Positions 35,564 through 45,551 of a stretch of DNA of 51,282 nt are shown one piece after another. The translations under genes and the position numbers were made by a program. The stretch is taken from positions 1 to 51,282 of the IMG/VR virus record IMGVR_UViG_3300028610_001208. The stretch is one strand, 5' to 3'. How positions within the stretch are numbered: position 1 is the stretch's first letter; each line of letters opens with the position of its first letter. Origin of the DNA: a virus. Its lineage: Duplodnaviria; Caudoviricetes. The notes beneath the pieces were generated by a model that worked only from the letters and a program-made list of their open reading frames with translations, was not told the DNA's origin and searched no databases.

Positions 35564-37126
35564 TTAGGGGGTAACGGGTCCACGGTAGGTCACCGTCAGC
35601 CCCGGGTGGATAACTCGATCTCCGAACCTGCCCCTCCTGGACCTGTCCGTCATTATGCCTAGCGAGTCGGGCTCGGTGCGCAGCCGGTCGGCGAAGACAG
35701 ACGCCGTGAGTGCTTGCATGAACCGCGCGTGCTGGACCCCCTGAGACTCTTCCTCGATCCCCTCGACGACCTGTAGGATCGACTGCTTGATCAGTTCGGT
35801 GTGCTCCATGCCGAGGCGTGCGTATCGCTGCGTCGACCCGAGCGCGTCCGGGATCGCATGGTAGGGTATCGCCAGTGTGTACGTGCCGTCCGGCTTAGGG
35901 TAGACCATCATGGACATACGAACGCCCACCATTGGGTCGAAAGGTCGGGGGACGATGGCTATTTGTCTTGGGCGGCCAGTGCGTTCCGTCACGCTCTGCC
36001 GCAACTGGCGTATCGTGCCTTCGGACGTGAGCGGGATCGGACCGAACGTCGGGCGGTCGCCGACCATGGTCACCGGCCCCGACAGTCCGCCGTAGTCGTC
36101 CGGCAGGTCGTAGTCGGCCTTCAGCGTAGACGGTCGAGCGATAGACACGGCGGCCCCGGCGACGTTCGAACGGGCGTCGCCGACGACCTGGCACTGAGTA
36201 CCAGAGACCACGGCCTCGATCACGTACGCGACACTGTCGATCGTCAGCTCCTCGCCGACGTTACTGTCCGAGAGGATCGACGTGGTGAGCACGACCGTGG
36301 AGGCGCTGGTCGAGAGAACAGAACTGACGACCGCAATCTCCGGAGAGTACACGAAGAACTCATGCCCGTTTACGTCCCAGCTCTGCGGTATGGCGGGCAA
36401 GTCGTCTGTAAGGAGTGTCGCCGATTGGGCCTCGTGGCCATCCAGTCTTATTTCGAATATCGGCCACTTCGTTCTCGGGATCGCTAGGTCCATCTGGAAT
36501 TCAACGTCCCACACCGAGGTGGGGAACACGCCGCCGGCCGCCCGCATGTAATGTTTCCAGAAGTCGAGCGACGGATCCTGCCCGAGTAGCGCGAAAGTTC
36601 CCGGCTCACCTCCTAAAATAGCGAGCGCGGACTGAATGATCCCCTTCCGCTTGACTCTGAACGTTCCGGTCTCACCCGTGGCGTCGCCATGGACGATGGC
36701 CTTCTCGAACGATACGCGGGTCTTGATCAGGTATTCTTTGCCGCTGGTGACGAACTGGATCAGATCGGCGATGAATGGATTGCCCGGTCCGATCGCCATT
36801 TCCGGCTGAAACGTGCCGCGCCCCGGCGCCACGTTGATCGTCGTCTCGTCGTTCGCCAGCGACGGTGCCTCGGCCAGCGTAGACGACAGCAGATTACTAA
36901 CCACGATCTCGGCCACCGGCTTGATGTGCCGCCATACGTGGGGAACGTTCTCGCCGGGTAGCGGCGGCGGTATGTACACCTGCCGAATCGCGGAGTCGAG
37001 CGTGTCCTGGATCAACGCCGACTGATTGGCCGTCCACGCCAGGTCCACGCCGGGTCCGTAGCCAAGGCGCTGCGCAGAAAAGCGGCGCAGTGCCTCGTAG
37101 GCCATTGTCAATGTCGATTCGGCCAT
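35564..37126 (-). CDS. Head-tail adaptor / tail tubular protein A-like with a large insertion
   Basis: DYDLPDDY, TGRPRQIAI and VYPKPDGTYTL.IPY motifs of podoviral adaptors. Confidence 0.7.
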   Translation of the reverse strand: MAESTLTMAYEALRRFSAQRLGYGPGVDLAWTANQSALIQDTLDSAIRQVYIPPPLPGENVPHVWRHIKPVAEIVVSNLLSSTLAEAPSLANDETTINVAPGRGTFQPEMAIGPGNPFIADLIQFVTSGKEYLIKTRVSFEKAIVHGDATGETGTFRVKRKGIIQSALAILGGEPGTFALLGQDPSLDFWKHYMRAAGGVFPTSVWDVEFQMDLAIPRTKWPIFEIRLDGHEAQSATLLTDDLPAIPQSWDVNGHEFFVYSPEIAVVSSVLSTSASTVVLTTSILSDSNVGEELTIDSVAYVIEAVVSGTQCQVVGDARSNVAGAAVSIARPSTLKADYDLPDDYGGLSGPVTMVGDRPTFGPIPLTSEGTIRQLRQSVTERTGRPRQIAIVPRPFDPMVGVRMSMMVYPKPDGTYTLAIPYHAIPDALGSTQRYARLGMEHTELIKQSILQVVEGIEEESQGVQHARFMQALTASVFADRLRTEPDSLGIMTDRSRRGRFGDRVIHPGLTVTYRGPVTP

Positions 37127-37138
37127 AACTCATTCTCA

Positions 37139-37179
37139 CGAGCTGGGCGTCGAGCGCTGGCACGCTCGACGCCCGCTCG
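37139..37179 (-). terminator. Strong hairpin after the capsid genes
   Basis: GGGCGTCGAGCG/CGCTCGACGCCC 12-bp stem extended by CGAGC/GCTCG; no U-tract. Confidence 0.5.
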
Positions 37180-37230
37180 GGCAAGAAGGCCAGTCAGCGA
37201 CGTTGCGCGATCGCCGACCGTCCACACGTC

Positions 37231-38058
37231 TTACGCATTCAGCTCGCTCATGCACGCGATCCAGTCGATCGCGCCGCCGGTGTCGGGCGTGCCGTTGATC
37301 TTCATCGTGAAGGTCGGCGTCAGCAACTCGTCTTCGGGGAACGTCGCGGCCTCGATGTTCGCCTGAGTGATCTCGCGGTCCGCCTTGAGCGTTCCGTCGA
37401 TCCAGATCGAGACCCGGCCGTCGGCTCCGTACTTACCCTTGTCGTACTTGAAGCCGAGCTTGATGTAGGTGTCCGCGACCATCGTGGCGATCCCGGCCTG
37501 CGCAATTTGCGCCGCTTGGCCTTCGGCGCCGTAGACGAAGTCCACGGTAGCCGCCGCCGCGATGTCGACGTGGAATCCGATGTACGACATACCGGTGGCG
37601 CCGGTGATAATCCCGCCGGTGTCGTCGATCAGGAATCCCGCCGGGACGGGCCGGTTGCCTCCGGCGTCCCACGCCATACCGACGAACATCGCCGTATCGT
37701 CGGTGATGTCCGCCTTCTTGACGCGGGCCTCGAACCAGAGCTTGCGCTCCTGCTCCATCTTGTGGAACGCGAGATCCCGAGCCAGGATGAACTCGTCGTT
37801 GTCGGCGTCCATGCCGGCCGCTTCCAGTTCTCCGATGTCGTCGTCGTTCGCCCCGATGAGCGTCACGCCGGTGTCCTGGGTCGTGATCCAACCTTGATCG
37901 GCGACCTGCGTCACCATCGTCAGCCCTGCTAGGGCCTCGAAGTCATCGAAGAAATACCGATACTTCGCCTGCCCGATCATGTCCGTATAGTTCGCCTGAT
38001 CCCACCAGAGTCCCGGCGAGTGAAGGCGAAGCGATTCGCCTCGATATATTGGATTCAT
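37231..38058 (-). CDS. Putative capsid decoration/minor capsid protein (lectin-like beta sandwich)
   Basis: Follows MCP; strong RBS; FFDDF, KLWFEARVK and YIKLGFKYD pattern. Confidence 0.6.
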   Translation of the reverse strand: MNPIYRGESLRLHSPGLWWDQANYTDMIGQAKYRYFFDDFEALAGLTMVTQVADQGWITTQDTGVTLIGANDDDIGELEAAGMDADNDEFILARDLAFHKMEQERKLWFEARVKKADITDDTAMFVGMAWDAGGNRPVPAGFLIDDTGGIITGATGMSYIGFHVDIAAAATVDFVYGAEGQAAQIAQAGIATMVADTYIKLGFKYDKGKYGADGRVSIWIDGTLKADREITQANIEAATFPEDELLTPTFTMKINGTPDTGGAIDWIACMSELNA

Positions 38059-38122
38059 TGTCTTTTCTCCTTGTCAGGTCAGTTTGAACCGTTGCGTATC
38101 TTCCCTATCAGGTTCGCTCGCC

Positions 38123-39169
38123 CTACGTCACCTTTGCGTAGACCTGCTGTCGGCGCCGGTCGTCGCAATAGATGTTCCAGGAGAGGTCGACCCATACCAC
38201 GAACGCGTTGTGCATGCTCGGGACGATCGCCGGGTCCGTCTCACGCATGAAGTTCCCGCGCAGGAACACGGGGTAGAAGAAGTCGAGATTGATCCCGTAC
38301 AGCGGCTCCTCGGCGTCGGTGTTGAGCTTGGGCACGTGGATGACCGCCGCGCCCTTGAGCGTGGTGATGCCGTCCATGGACGCCACGTCGCGGCCCAGGT
38401 TCTCGTTCTGCGACTCGCCGATCGTATCGATCGCCAGTCGCGTATCGATGTTGCAGTACCAGCGGTTGGTCTGGCCGATACCCATTCGGAAGTCGTCCAC
38501 GCCCACCGGCGACTTGAACTGCGTGAGTTCGACGCCCTTTCGCACCTTGGCGATCAGGTCAGTCTTGCTGACCGCCGCGTAGTCTGCGGCGTAGTGTTGC
38601 CAGCCGGTCTTCACCGCCGGGTCAAGCCCCCCGATGTCCGTGAACCCGGTGGGCAGGTTGGCGACGAAGCCCTCCTGGCCGGTCGTCGGCTTGGGCAGCC
38701 AATAGCCGATCGGAAAGATCGACTTCTGGTCGGCGGCGTCCGGCGAAGTATCCCAGAACTTGTCTTCCATGTGCGCCGCCAGCGACAGGAAGCCGTCGGT
38801 ACGCCGCACCCGGAGAAGGTCCACGATCTCCGACTCGCCGTCGTTCTCGAGCATCTCCCGGCGGTCCCACGCATAGTGAGTCTGCGTGTGTCGCCAGGGG
38901 ACGTCCACGAACGACAGGGTGTCCTTGATTTGGACCGTGTCTTCCTCGAAGAACCCGACGTCCGTCGCGGCGTCCGAGTGGTCGGTCATCACCCGCTGCT
39001 GGATGCCCTTGCCGCCCTGGAAGACGACCCGGTCGGATCGGATGATCCGACTCATGACCTCGTAATGCTGCAACTTCTGCGCGAACTGAACCAGTCGCCC
39101 TTTGCGCAACTGATTCAGGGTGGACGTCGAGAGATCAAGAATCTCTCGATCGGTCAATGTCAATGCCAT
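38123..39169 (-). CDS. Major capsid protein
   Basis: 348 aa after the scaffold; GGKGIQ, ENDGESEIVDLL and LYGINLDFF pattern of HK97-fold MCPs; AGGAG RBS. Confidence 0.85.
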   Translation of the reverse strand: MALTLTDREILDLSTSTLNQLRKGRLVQFAQKLQHYEVMSRIIRSDRVVFQGGKGIQQRVMTDHSDAATDVGFFEEDTVQIKDTLSFVDVPWRHTQTHYAWDRREMLENDGESEIVDLLRVRRTDGFLSLAAHMEDKFWDTSPDAADQKSIFPIGYWLPKPTTGQEGFVANLPTGFTDIGGLDPAVKTGWQHYAADYAAVSKTDLIAKVRKGVELTQFKSPVGVDDFRMGIGQTNRWYCNIDTRLAIDTIGESQNENLGRDVASMDGITTLKGAAVIHVPKLNTDAEEPLYGINLDFFYPVFLRGNFMRETDPAIVPSMHNAFVVWVDLSWNIYCDDRRRQQVYAKVT

Positions 39170-39197
39170 ATCTACTTACTCCTGAGCGGAACCCGCT

Positions 39198-40397
39198 TCA
39201 GAGTCCGATCGTCGCAAGGTCTTCTTCGCGCTGATCCGCGGTCGAGGGCTTCGATGCGCCCTTCCGCTTCATGAATTCCCGCACGACGGCGTGGGCGGCG
39301 GAGACCGAGTCTTCAGGATTGATCTTGGTCGGAATGCTTCGCCCTCGCGTTTTAATTACCCCGCGTCGTTTCGAAACCTCTGTAGTGGCTTTTCCGCGAG
39401 CCATTTTTTCAACCTGCTCGGGCCAGTTGCCCGCAGCTGCGCGCCTCAGAATCTCTTGTTGAGACAGGCTTTCTCCGCCCTCGAGCACGCCCGGCAGTCG
39501 CACGGCCGTTCTCGCGAGTTCGTGTCTCGCCTTGAATGCGTCTGAGTCACGGCTGAGATCGCGCAATGAGCCCTTGCCCAGTACGTCCTCCCATTCTGGT
39601 CCCATGCCCGAGATCATGTGGTCGAACTGCTGAGCGGCATACTCGCTCCGCATTTGCGCCACCTGCTCGCGCATGACCTCCAGATCGTTCCGAAGCAGTT
39701 TAGACTCACGCAACGCCGTATTCGCGACCTTGACGAGCTGCTCGGTGACCTGGCGGCTCTCGCCGTCGCCGTACAGTGAATCCTCGTCGCCCGTAGGCAT
39801 CTTGAATTCGCCGACTTCATCGGACGACGGTTCCTTGGCAGCGGGTTTCGCGCTGCCGTTTTTCTTTGTCTCATCCCCTTCGTCGGTCTCTGCGCCGCCG
39901 CCCTTAGCCTGAAGCTCCCCGAATCGCTTGGCCATACGGACCTCGGCGACGTTCAGGAATGATTCGAGTGCCCCGGGCGTGGCGAATTTGTCCAGCGTCT
40001 CGGCGTCGAGGCCCATGTGTGCCCCGCGCAGTGCGAGCGCCTCCCACTCGCCGCCTTCTGTGTCCGCGTCCTCGCCGGTCGTGGCCTCTCCGCCGCCGGC
40101 CGCCGCATCGACGATCTCGACGATCGGTCCGTCTTCGGCGTCGGTCGCGGCGCCGTCGCCCTCCGTGCTGGGCCCGAAAAGAGCATTGGCGATGTCCTCC
40201 GATCGCCCGGCCGCGAAGTCGGCCGCCGACTTGCCGTCCGACGATCCGCCGCGAGCGCTGTCCAGGTCTTCCTCGAATGCGCCCGGAACGGTCTTGAAGT
40301 CCGATTCTTTCGGGGCCGTGACAGTAGCCGCGGCCTTCGGGGGATCCTTTGCTGCCGCGGGCTTGGCGGCCGGTTTCTTCGCTGCCTTCTTTGCCAT
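39198..40397 (-). CDS. Putative capsid scaffolding protein
   Basis: Acidic, low-complexity, helical protein directly upstream of MCP; Lys/Ala/Pro-rich N-terminus. Confidence 0.65.
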   Translation of the reverse strand: MAKKAAKKPAAKPAAAKDPPKAAATVTAPKESDFKTVPGAFEEDLDSARGGSSDGKSAADFAAGRSEDIANALFGPSTEGDGAATDAEDGPIVEIVDAAAGGGEATTGEDADTEGGEWEALALRGAHMGLDAETLDKFATPGALESFLNVAEVRMAKRFGELQAKGGGAETDEGDETKKNGSAKPAAKEPSSDEVGEFKMPTGDEDSLYGDGESRQVTEQLVKVANTALRESKLLRNDLEVMREQVAQMRSEYAAQQFDHMISGMGPEWEDVLGKGSLRDLSRDSDAFKARHELARTAVRLPGVLEGGESLSQQEILRRAAAGNWPEQVEKMARGKATTEVSKRRGVIKTRGRSIPTKINPEDSVSAAHAVVREFMKRKGASKPSTADQREEDLATIGL

Positions 40398-40414
40398 AGT
40401 CGTGTTCCTTCTTG

Positions 40415-40687
40415 CTATGATCCTGCGCCCAGTTCCTCAAATACGGAGACCGAAGACACGGTCCCACCGAACGCGATCGTCCGTAGCGATGGTGCGCCCA
40501 GCTCCCGATCCTCGAATACCATCGGGCTGCCGTCCTTCATGAGTATCTCGTCTGTCCCGACGCCTAACCGCACGGTCGCCGTATCGTTGCCCATGGCCAC
40601 CAGCGTCGCGCGGCGGCACGTCGCCGCAAAGGTGTGACTGCTTCCCCCTGTGACCTTCGTCAATTTGATCGTTGTCGGTGCCGCCAT
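40415..40687 (-). CDS. Small virion protein, module copy 2
   Basis: CRRATLVAMGNDTAT...KDG...FEDREL...FGGTVSSVSVFEE. Confidence 0.8.
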   Translation of the reverse strand: MAAPTTIKLTKVTGGSSHTFAATCRRATLVAMGNDTATVRLGVGTDEILMKDGSPMVFEDRELGAPSLRTIAFGGTVSSVSVFEELGAGS

Positions 40688-40690
40688 GAT

Positions 40691-40957
40691 CTATGCTCCC
40701 GCCCCGAGGTGCTCGACGACCGAGATCGTGGCCGCGGTGAACGTTCCGCCGAAGGTCAGCGTCTTGCCGCCAAGTTCACGGTCTTCGAAGCTAATCGGCG
40801 TCCCGTCCTTGAGCAACGGAGCGTCGCCGCCGATGCTGATCGTCATCGTGTCGTTGCCGACTGCGGTGATCGTGACCTTTCGGCAGGTGTCCTGCAGTAC
40901 ATGAGCCCCGCCCGCGGTCACGGTCGTAAAGAACAGATTTGCCGGAACTGTTGCCAC
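40691..40957 (-). CDS. Small virion protein, module copy 1
   Basis: CRKVTITAVGNDTMT..GGDAPLLKDG...FEDREL...FGGT; AGGAG RBS. Confidence 0.8.
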   Translation of the reverse strand: MATVPANLFFTTVTAGGAHVLQDTCRKVTITAVGNDTMTISIGGDAPLLKDGTPISFEDRELGGKTLTFGGTFTAATISVVEHLGAGA

Positions 40958-40966
40958 GACGTACTC

Positions 40967-41410
40967 CTATTTGTTCCGCGGCGACGCGGTCACCGACTGC
41001 TTGTTGAACAGGCCCATGGCGCGGCAGTACTGATCCTGATGCCGCTGCGACGTAAACTTCGGCTCGCCGTGACGATCGAAATCACAGCTCACCCCATGCT
41101 TGGCGAGCAGCTTCTGGGCATCTGGAACCTGTGACGCCAGCACGCCGCTCATCGTGGCCTGCATCGGCCAGAGCTTCTCGCGACGGATACGAGGCGCAGC
41201 CGCATTCCACTCCTCCATTGGATCCGGCGCCATGGGCTCGGTGGCGGGAGACGTCGGAACGCCGAGTTCGCCGCCCTCTGCGCAGTAGTTCCTGTAGAGC
41301 CGAACCCTTCCGTCGGCGACAGACTTCACGAACTGCGGAGCGCGGCCCAGCGGGAATTCGTGTTCCTCCAGGTCGCTGCCGTCCGTTCTGGTGTAGCAAT
41401 AGGTGCTCAT
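40967..41410 (-). CDS. Hypothetical protein of the head module
   Basis: ATGA overlap with the portal stop; WP......GV...QV and G.P.F.S..H...YC.A.G pattern. Confidence 0.7.
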   Translation of the reverse strand: MSTYCYTRTDGSDLEEHEFPLGRAPQFVKSVADGRVRLYRNYCAEGGELGVPTSPATEPMAPDPMEEWNAAAPRIRREKLWPMQATMSGVLASQVPDAQKLLAKHGVSCDFDRHGEPKFTSQRHQDQYCRAMGLFNKQSVTASPRNK

Positions 41411-43194
41411 GCCGACAACCTCGCTCCGCCGGTTGATCGTGTCAAGGCCGCTTGCTCCGACGGTTGGGGATTTCCGCCCAGCAGCGTGTTCGACAGGATT
41501 CCGACGTTATTAGACTTCGAGGCCCCGGGTAGCGATGTCCGTATTTCCCGCCGGGTCGTGGTCGGGCTCTTGGCCGGCAGCTCGCCGTGCGGCTTCTGGT
41601 CGAAGCGGCCGGGCTCTTGGAACTTGATGATCTCCAGCAGCTCCGGTGTGTTCGTGTATTCGGCTATAACCTCGAACAGTCGCTGCGTGTCGATCCTGAA
41701 ACTCGGGTCGACCGCGGAGAGCTGAATGGCCTTGTCGACGGCCTTCATGACGATGTCGACGGTCTGGGCCGGGCTCTTGTCGCGGGTACTGAACGACACG
41801 ACGTCGATGTTGTGTTGGTAGAACTTGCCGACCTGCTCTGACGCCTTCCAGCGGAAACTCACCGTTCGATCGTCGAATCCGGATTCGAGCTGCAAGAGTA
41901 TGTCGCGGTTGGGGTCGGAGTAGAGAATGAATCCGACGTCGTTCACGACCTGCTTCACGAAGCTCTCGTACTTCTCCATCATGGCCTCGGCGCGGCGAGA
42001 GGCGTTCACGTTGAGGATCTGATCCTGGGTCGCGGTGTCGGACTGCGGAGAGATCCCGCCGAGTAGATCGAGGTTACCCGCGTTGTCACTGAACATCTGC
42101 TTGATCTGCAGGAACATGACCAGCGACTCCTGGGCTATACCCCCGAGCTTCGCCTCGCGCGTGGACTCGGGTCGATCGCTGCGTATCATTTCGCCGTCCA
42201 CGGCGTCGACAATGCGCTTGGCGTCGTCCCCGGCCCCGGGCGCGAAGACCCCGATGGTTTTCTGTCGCTCCGCCTGATCAATGATCTTGTTCAGCAGGCG
42301 ATTCGCCACATGGTGCAGGTCGAGCCACAGCGAGGCCGGCGGCAGGGGCATGACCTGATCCGGGACGTCGTTGAAAAACAGACGCCGGTACGGTCCGCCC
42401 TCAAGGCCCTCCCACTTGTAGGAGTCCAGTTCCTCGTCGTCGAACCCCTCTTCGACTTCGGGGATGGTCACGATCGTGTTGATCGACGTGATGTAGACGT
42501 CCCACAGATCGATGAACTTGCGGTAGGGCTCGATGTATCCCTGGCCCCTGGAAAGCGTTGACGGGTCTTGCACGCCGCCTCGGGACAGGTCTTTGTGTTC
42601 TGTAGGCTTCAGTCGGTGCGTCTTGCGCCCGAACAGCTTCGAGTCCATCAGCTCCTCGAAGTCCATTCGGTACTTGTTGGCGAACCACGAGCACTGGTTC
42701 CATCGCTTGGCCGTCATGTCCTGGCACCAGTCGTGGGCGCCGATACGCTGAACGAACGGCGCACCGCCGTTACGGAACATGCCGGACAGGTGCTCTTCGA
42801 CCGCGGGGTTCGCCCCGACCTGGACGATGCCCTGCGACATGAGTGCGTCCTTCGCCACCATCTCGAATTCGGCGCCGATGTCCATCTCCTTATTGGCCGC
42901 GAGGATCGACTGCTTAAGCAGGTAGCCCTCCGTCACCAGCCTCTTGTCCAGGCTCTGCGGGGTCTTGACTACGATCCCAGGCGGGCGCGCGGCCATGAGC
43001 CGGGTGTAGATGCCGATCGCCTCTTCGATCAGATTGAGCGGCACCGCCTCGCGGCGCTCATTGCCGTACCACTGGCCGACGTATTCGGACAAGGTCTCGA
43101 GCTGCACGGCCCGAAACGGCGCCAGGACGTGAAAGGATTCGCGGATGGCGTTCCGCAATCGCTTGACGTGTACTTTGATTCTCTTGCGGGGCAC
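41407..43194 (-). CDS. Portal protein
   Basis: 595 aa between terminase and capsid genes; GNLDLLGG...SDTATQDQIL pattern of podoviral portals. Confidence 0.8.
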   Translation of the reverse strand: MPRKRIKVHVKRLRNAIRESFHVLAPFRAVQLETLSEYVGQWYGNERREAVPLNLIEEAIGIYTRLMAARPPGIVVKTPQSLDKRLVTEGYLLKQSILAANKEMDIGAEFEMVAKDALMSQGIVQVGANPAVEEHLSGMFRNGGAPFVQRIGAHDWCQDMTAKRWNQCSWFANKYRMDFEELMDSKLFGRKTHRLKPTEHKDLSRGGVQDPSTLSRGQGYIEPYRKFIDLWDVYITSINTIVTIPEVEEGFDDEELDSYKWEGLEGGPYRRLFFNDVPDQVMPLPPASLWLDLHHVANRLLNKIIDQAERQKTIGVFAPGAGDDAKRIVDAVDGEMIRSDRPESTREAKLGGIAQESLVMFLQIKQMFSDNAGNLDLLGGISPQSDTATQDQILNVNASRRAEAMMEKYESFVKQVVNDVGFILYSDPNRDILLQLESGFDDRTVSFRWKASEQVGKFYQHNIDVVSFSTRDKSPAQTVDIVMKAVDKAIQLSAVDPSFRIDTQRLFEVIAEYTNTPELLEIIKFQEPGRFDQKPHGELPAKSPTTTRREIRTSLPGASKSNNVGILSNTLLGGNPQPSEQAALTRSTGGARLSA

Positions 43195-43197
43195 GGT

Positions 43198-43566
43198 CTA
43201 TGCCTCGTACAGGAACCATCTCAGGGCGCAGGCGGCGGTATCAGCCTTGGCGGTCGGGGCCACTGCCGATAGCTTGCCCATGATGAACTCGCCGGGCAGC
43301 AGTTTGGCGAACGCAGTCTCCACTGTCGCGGCGAACAGCTCGATGAAGTTCGTGGCGTCCAGGTTCTTGGCGAAGAACCAGCCGGGGCTGGCGACGTCCC
43401 CCATGTCGATCGCCGTCTCCGTGGTAGCGATATCCTGGACCCCGTCGACGTACTTGGTCACCGCGGTGTTGGCTAAGTCGAACGTGACGCCGGCCTCGCT
43501 GATCGCCTGGACGATCGACGATTCATCAACGGAGATGCTCGCTGTGACTGTGACTTCGTTGGCCAT
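43198..43566 (-). CDS. Hypothetical (probably structural) protein
   Basis: AGGAG RBS; beta-rich, with KNLDATNFI..KLLPGE. Confidence 0.7.
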   Translation of the reverse strand: MANEVTVTASISVDESSIVQAISEAGVTFDLANTAVTKYVDGVQDIATTETAIDMGDVASPGWFFAKNLDATNFIELFAATVETAFAKLLPGEFIMGKLSAVAPTAKADTAACALRWFLYEA

Positions 43567-45373
43567 TTGATCCGCTCCTGATTCCCGGTCGTTGAGTCCA
43601 AGATCGTCCACTCGCCAGCCGTTGCGCAGCCGAGCGCGCCGCTTGTCGGCCGGCCATACTGAGCACCGAGAGCCCGCTGGTCGAGCCGTCGGTCCCGGTT
43701 GTATCGTTTCCCAAGTCCCGTTGCAAGCACAAATTAGCTAAGGCGGCGCCGATCACGCGGTCGCCGTGTGATTCTCGGGCCTGGGACGGGTCTTCGGCGT
43801 CCTCGGCCCGGGAGTGACTGACCTTGTCGCCCTTCTCGTGGCGGTAGTACCGAAGCTCCTCGATGGCCGCGCGGTCGCGCATGATGAAGGTTCGAAGCAT
43901 CAGAGCCTCGGCCAGTTGAAGCAGCAGGCTCCGCTTGGTGGTCGGGCTGCTCCACCAGCCCGGGACTTGTAACATGCGCTTATGCCTAGACTTATCGTCC
44001 TCCTTCTGACGCATGTACATGCGGTGGTAGCCTAGTGTGGCGACCGAGTCGATGAACATACCGCCGGCGCCGTTGGCCTCGGGGACGATCAAAGCCCCCT
44101 CTTCTCCTGGGACTCTGAACCAGCGGGCGAGCGCGACCACGATTCGGGCGAAATCCCCGGGCTGCACGCCGTTGACGGCGAGTGCCAGTACCTGATCACC
44201 GGTGACCAGGTCGGTACCGACGATGGTGGAGTTGCTGGCCCCGGTCCCCGACGGGTCTTTGGTGCCCAAGGCGATGTCACATCCGAACGCAATGTCGTGC
44301 CCGACGGGCGGTCGGTCGGCGTAGAGGTTGACCCAGAGCTTGACCATGCCGTCGGGGTGGGCCACGAACCGCTTGGGCTCGGCCGTGATGTTGTCGAATT
44401 CGAGGTTCCCGGTCAGCCAGGGCGGGTGCGCGGTGTTCTCGAGCAGGTCGGCCACCATATCCGGGTCGAAGAACGAGAAATCTGAGCCGTGGAAGTCGAT
44501 GTCCAGTTCCTGGGCGATCTCCTGAACGCTGCCGGCACGCTTGCACTCGCCGTCGTACCAGGGTGACCGCGGCTTGCCCGCGGCGTCGTGGTACAGGCCC
44601 TCCGCCTTCCGCGGATGGTTGATCCAGTGGACCTTGCGAACGAATCGCTCTGAGTCGTGCGAGATGTCGAAAAACGCGTTTCCGGCCCCCTTGGGCGTAC
44701 TCGGCATGAGCCGGCACGGGGTGTTGTCGCGGGTGGCGCGCAGCACCTCGTACGCGTTCTTCACCGCCGCCAGTTCGTCGAGCAAATGGGCCGTGCGCCG
44801 CCCACCACGTCCCAGGTCGCCGTTGGTCGACTCGCCGTCGATCACACAGCCGTTGCGCGGGTTGCCAAAATGCAGGTTGGCGCGGTTGTAGACCGGACGC
44901 AGCCACTTCGGCTGCTTCTCGAACAGGTAGTCGAGCTTCCACATCAGCGAGTCGGGGTCGTCCGTCTTGTCGACCAGCGCCTCTTTTCGAGAGGCGAGCA
45001 TGAACGACTTCTCGTCCGCGAATTGGAAGAAATGGGCGATTCCCAGCAGGCAGATCCAGGTGAGGCCCATATCGCGCGACTTCGGCCAGATCCCGTCGTG
45101 GTGGCCGATGCAGTTGAATACGTCGGCGAATATCTGATCTTGGAACCCGTAGGTCACGAACGGCTGACGGCTCGACTCGCGGCGGGGGTCGAAGGTGAAG
45201 ACGAAGGTGTTGATCCAGAACAGGGGGTCGCGCTTGCACGCGATCCACAGCTCCTCGGCGGCGCTCGACGACTCGTAGCCGCGGGCGGTGACGGCCTTGC
45301 GGTACCGGACGTTAGCCTCGTAGTCCTTGGGCACCCGGCGGTAGTACGGCAGATTATCGAGGGTGAGGATCAC
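43526..45373 (-). CDS. terL: Terminase large subunit
   Basis: Walker A KSRDMGLTW, Walker B LLDE, coupling motif STP; RNase H-like GCDIALG, EANG and HGDRVIG. Confidence 0.93.
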   Translation of the reverse strand: MILTLDNLPYYRRVPKDYEANVRYRKAVTARGYESSSAAEELWIACKRDPLFWINTFVFTFDPRRESSRQPFVTYGFQDQIFADVFNCIGHHDGIWPKSRDMGLTWICLLGIAHFFQFADEKSFMLASRKEALVDKTDDPDSLMWKLDYLFEKQPKWLRPVYNRANLHFGNPRNGCVIDGESTNGDLGRGGRRTAHLLDELAAVKNAYEVLRATRDNTPCRLMPSTPKGAGNAFFDISHDSERFVRKVHWINHPRKAEGLYHDAAGKPRSPWYDGECKRAGSVQEIAQELDIDFHGSDFSFFDPDMVADLLENTAHPPWLTGNLEFDNITAEPKRFVAHPDGMVKLWVNLYADRPPVGHDIAFGCDIALGTKDPSGTGASNSTIVGTDLVTGDQVLALAVNGVQPGDFARIVVALARWFRVPGEEGALIVPEANGAGGMFIDSVATLGYHRMYMRQKEDDKSRHKRMLQVPGWWSSPTTKRSLLLQLAEALMLRTFIMRDRAAIEELRYYRHEKGDKVSHSRAEDAEDPSQARESHGDRVIGAALANLCLQRDLGNDTTGTDGSTSGLSVLSMAGRQAARSAAQRLASGRSWTQRPGIRSGSNGQRSHSHSEHLR

Positions 45374-45551
45374 AGGGGGCCACTTCCGTCATGGTGTCGA
45401 CCTCGATCGTGCCCGTATTGCCGCAGAGCCCGCAGTCGAGAGCGGCGTTTTCGCGCGTGGAGAGCCCCATGCACCTGGGGCACACGCGGTCCTGCCGGTC
45501 GTGGACGAAGGCCCGCGTCTCGCTCTCGTGTGGTTCGATGTGGATGATCAT
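45354..45551 (-). CDS. Small zinc-binding protein
   Basis: CPRCMG...CGLCGNTG; GGAAGTGGG upstream; ATGA coupling. Confidence 0.65.
   Translation of the reverse strand: MIIHIEPHESETRAFVHDRQDRVCPRCMGLSTRENAALDCGLCGNTGTIEVDTMTEVAPCDPHPR

Noticed and set aside
38059-38122. Riboswitch between the MCP and decoration genes
   Set aside because: Only a 5-bp GAACC/GGTTC stem; no complete aptamer consensus
38084-39274. Long antisense ORFs (this one, 34523-35662, 24595-25533, 44657-45547, 1645-2619 and similar)
   Set aside because: Shadow frames of GC-rich genes: Arg/Pro-rich, no motifs, and opposite well-supported genes
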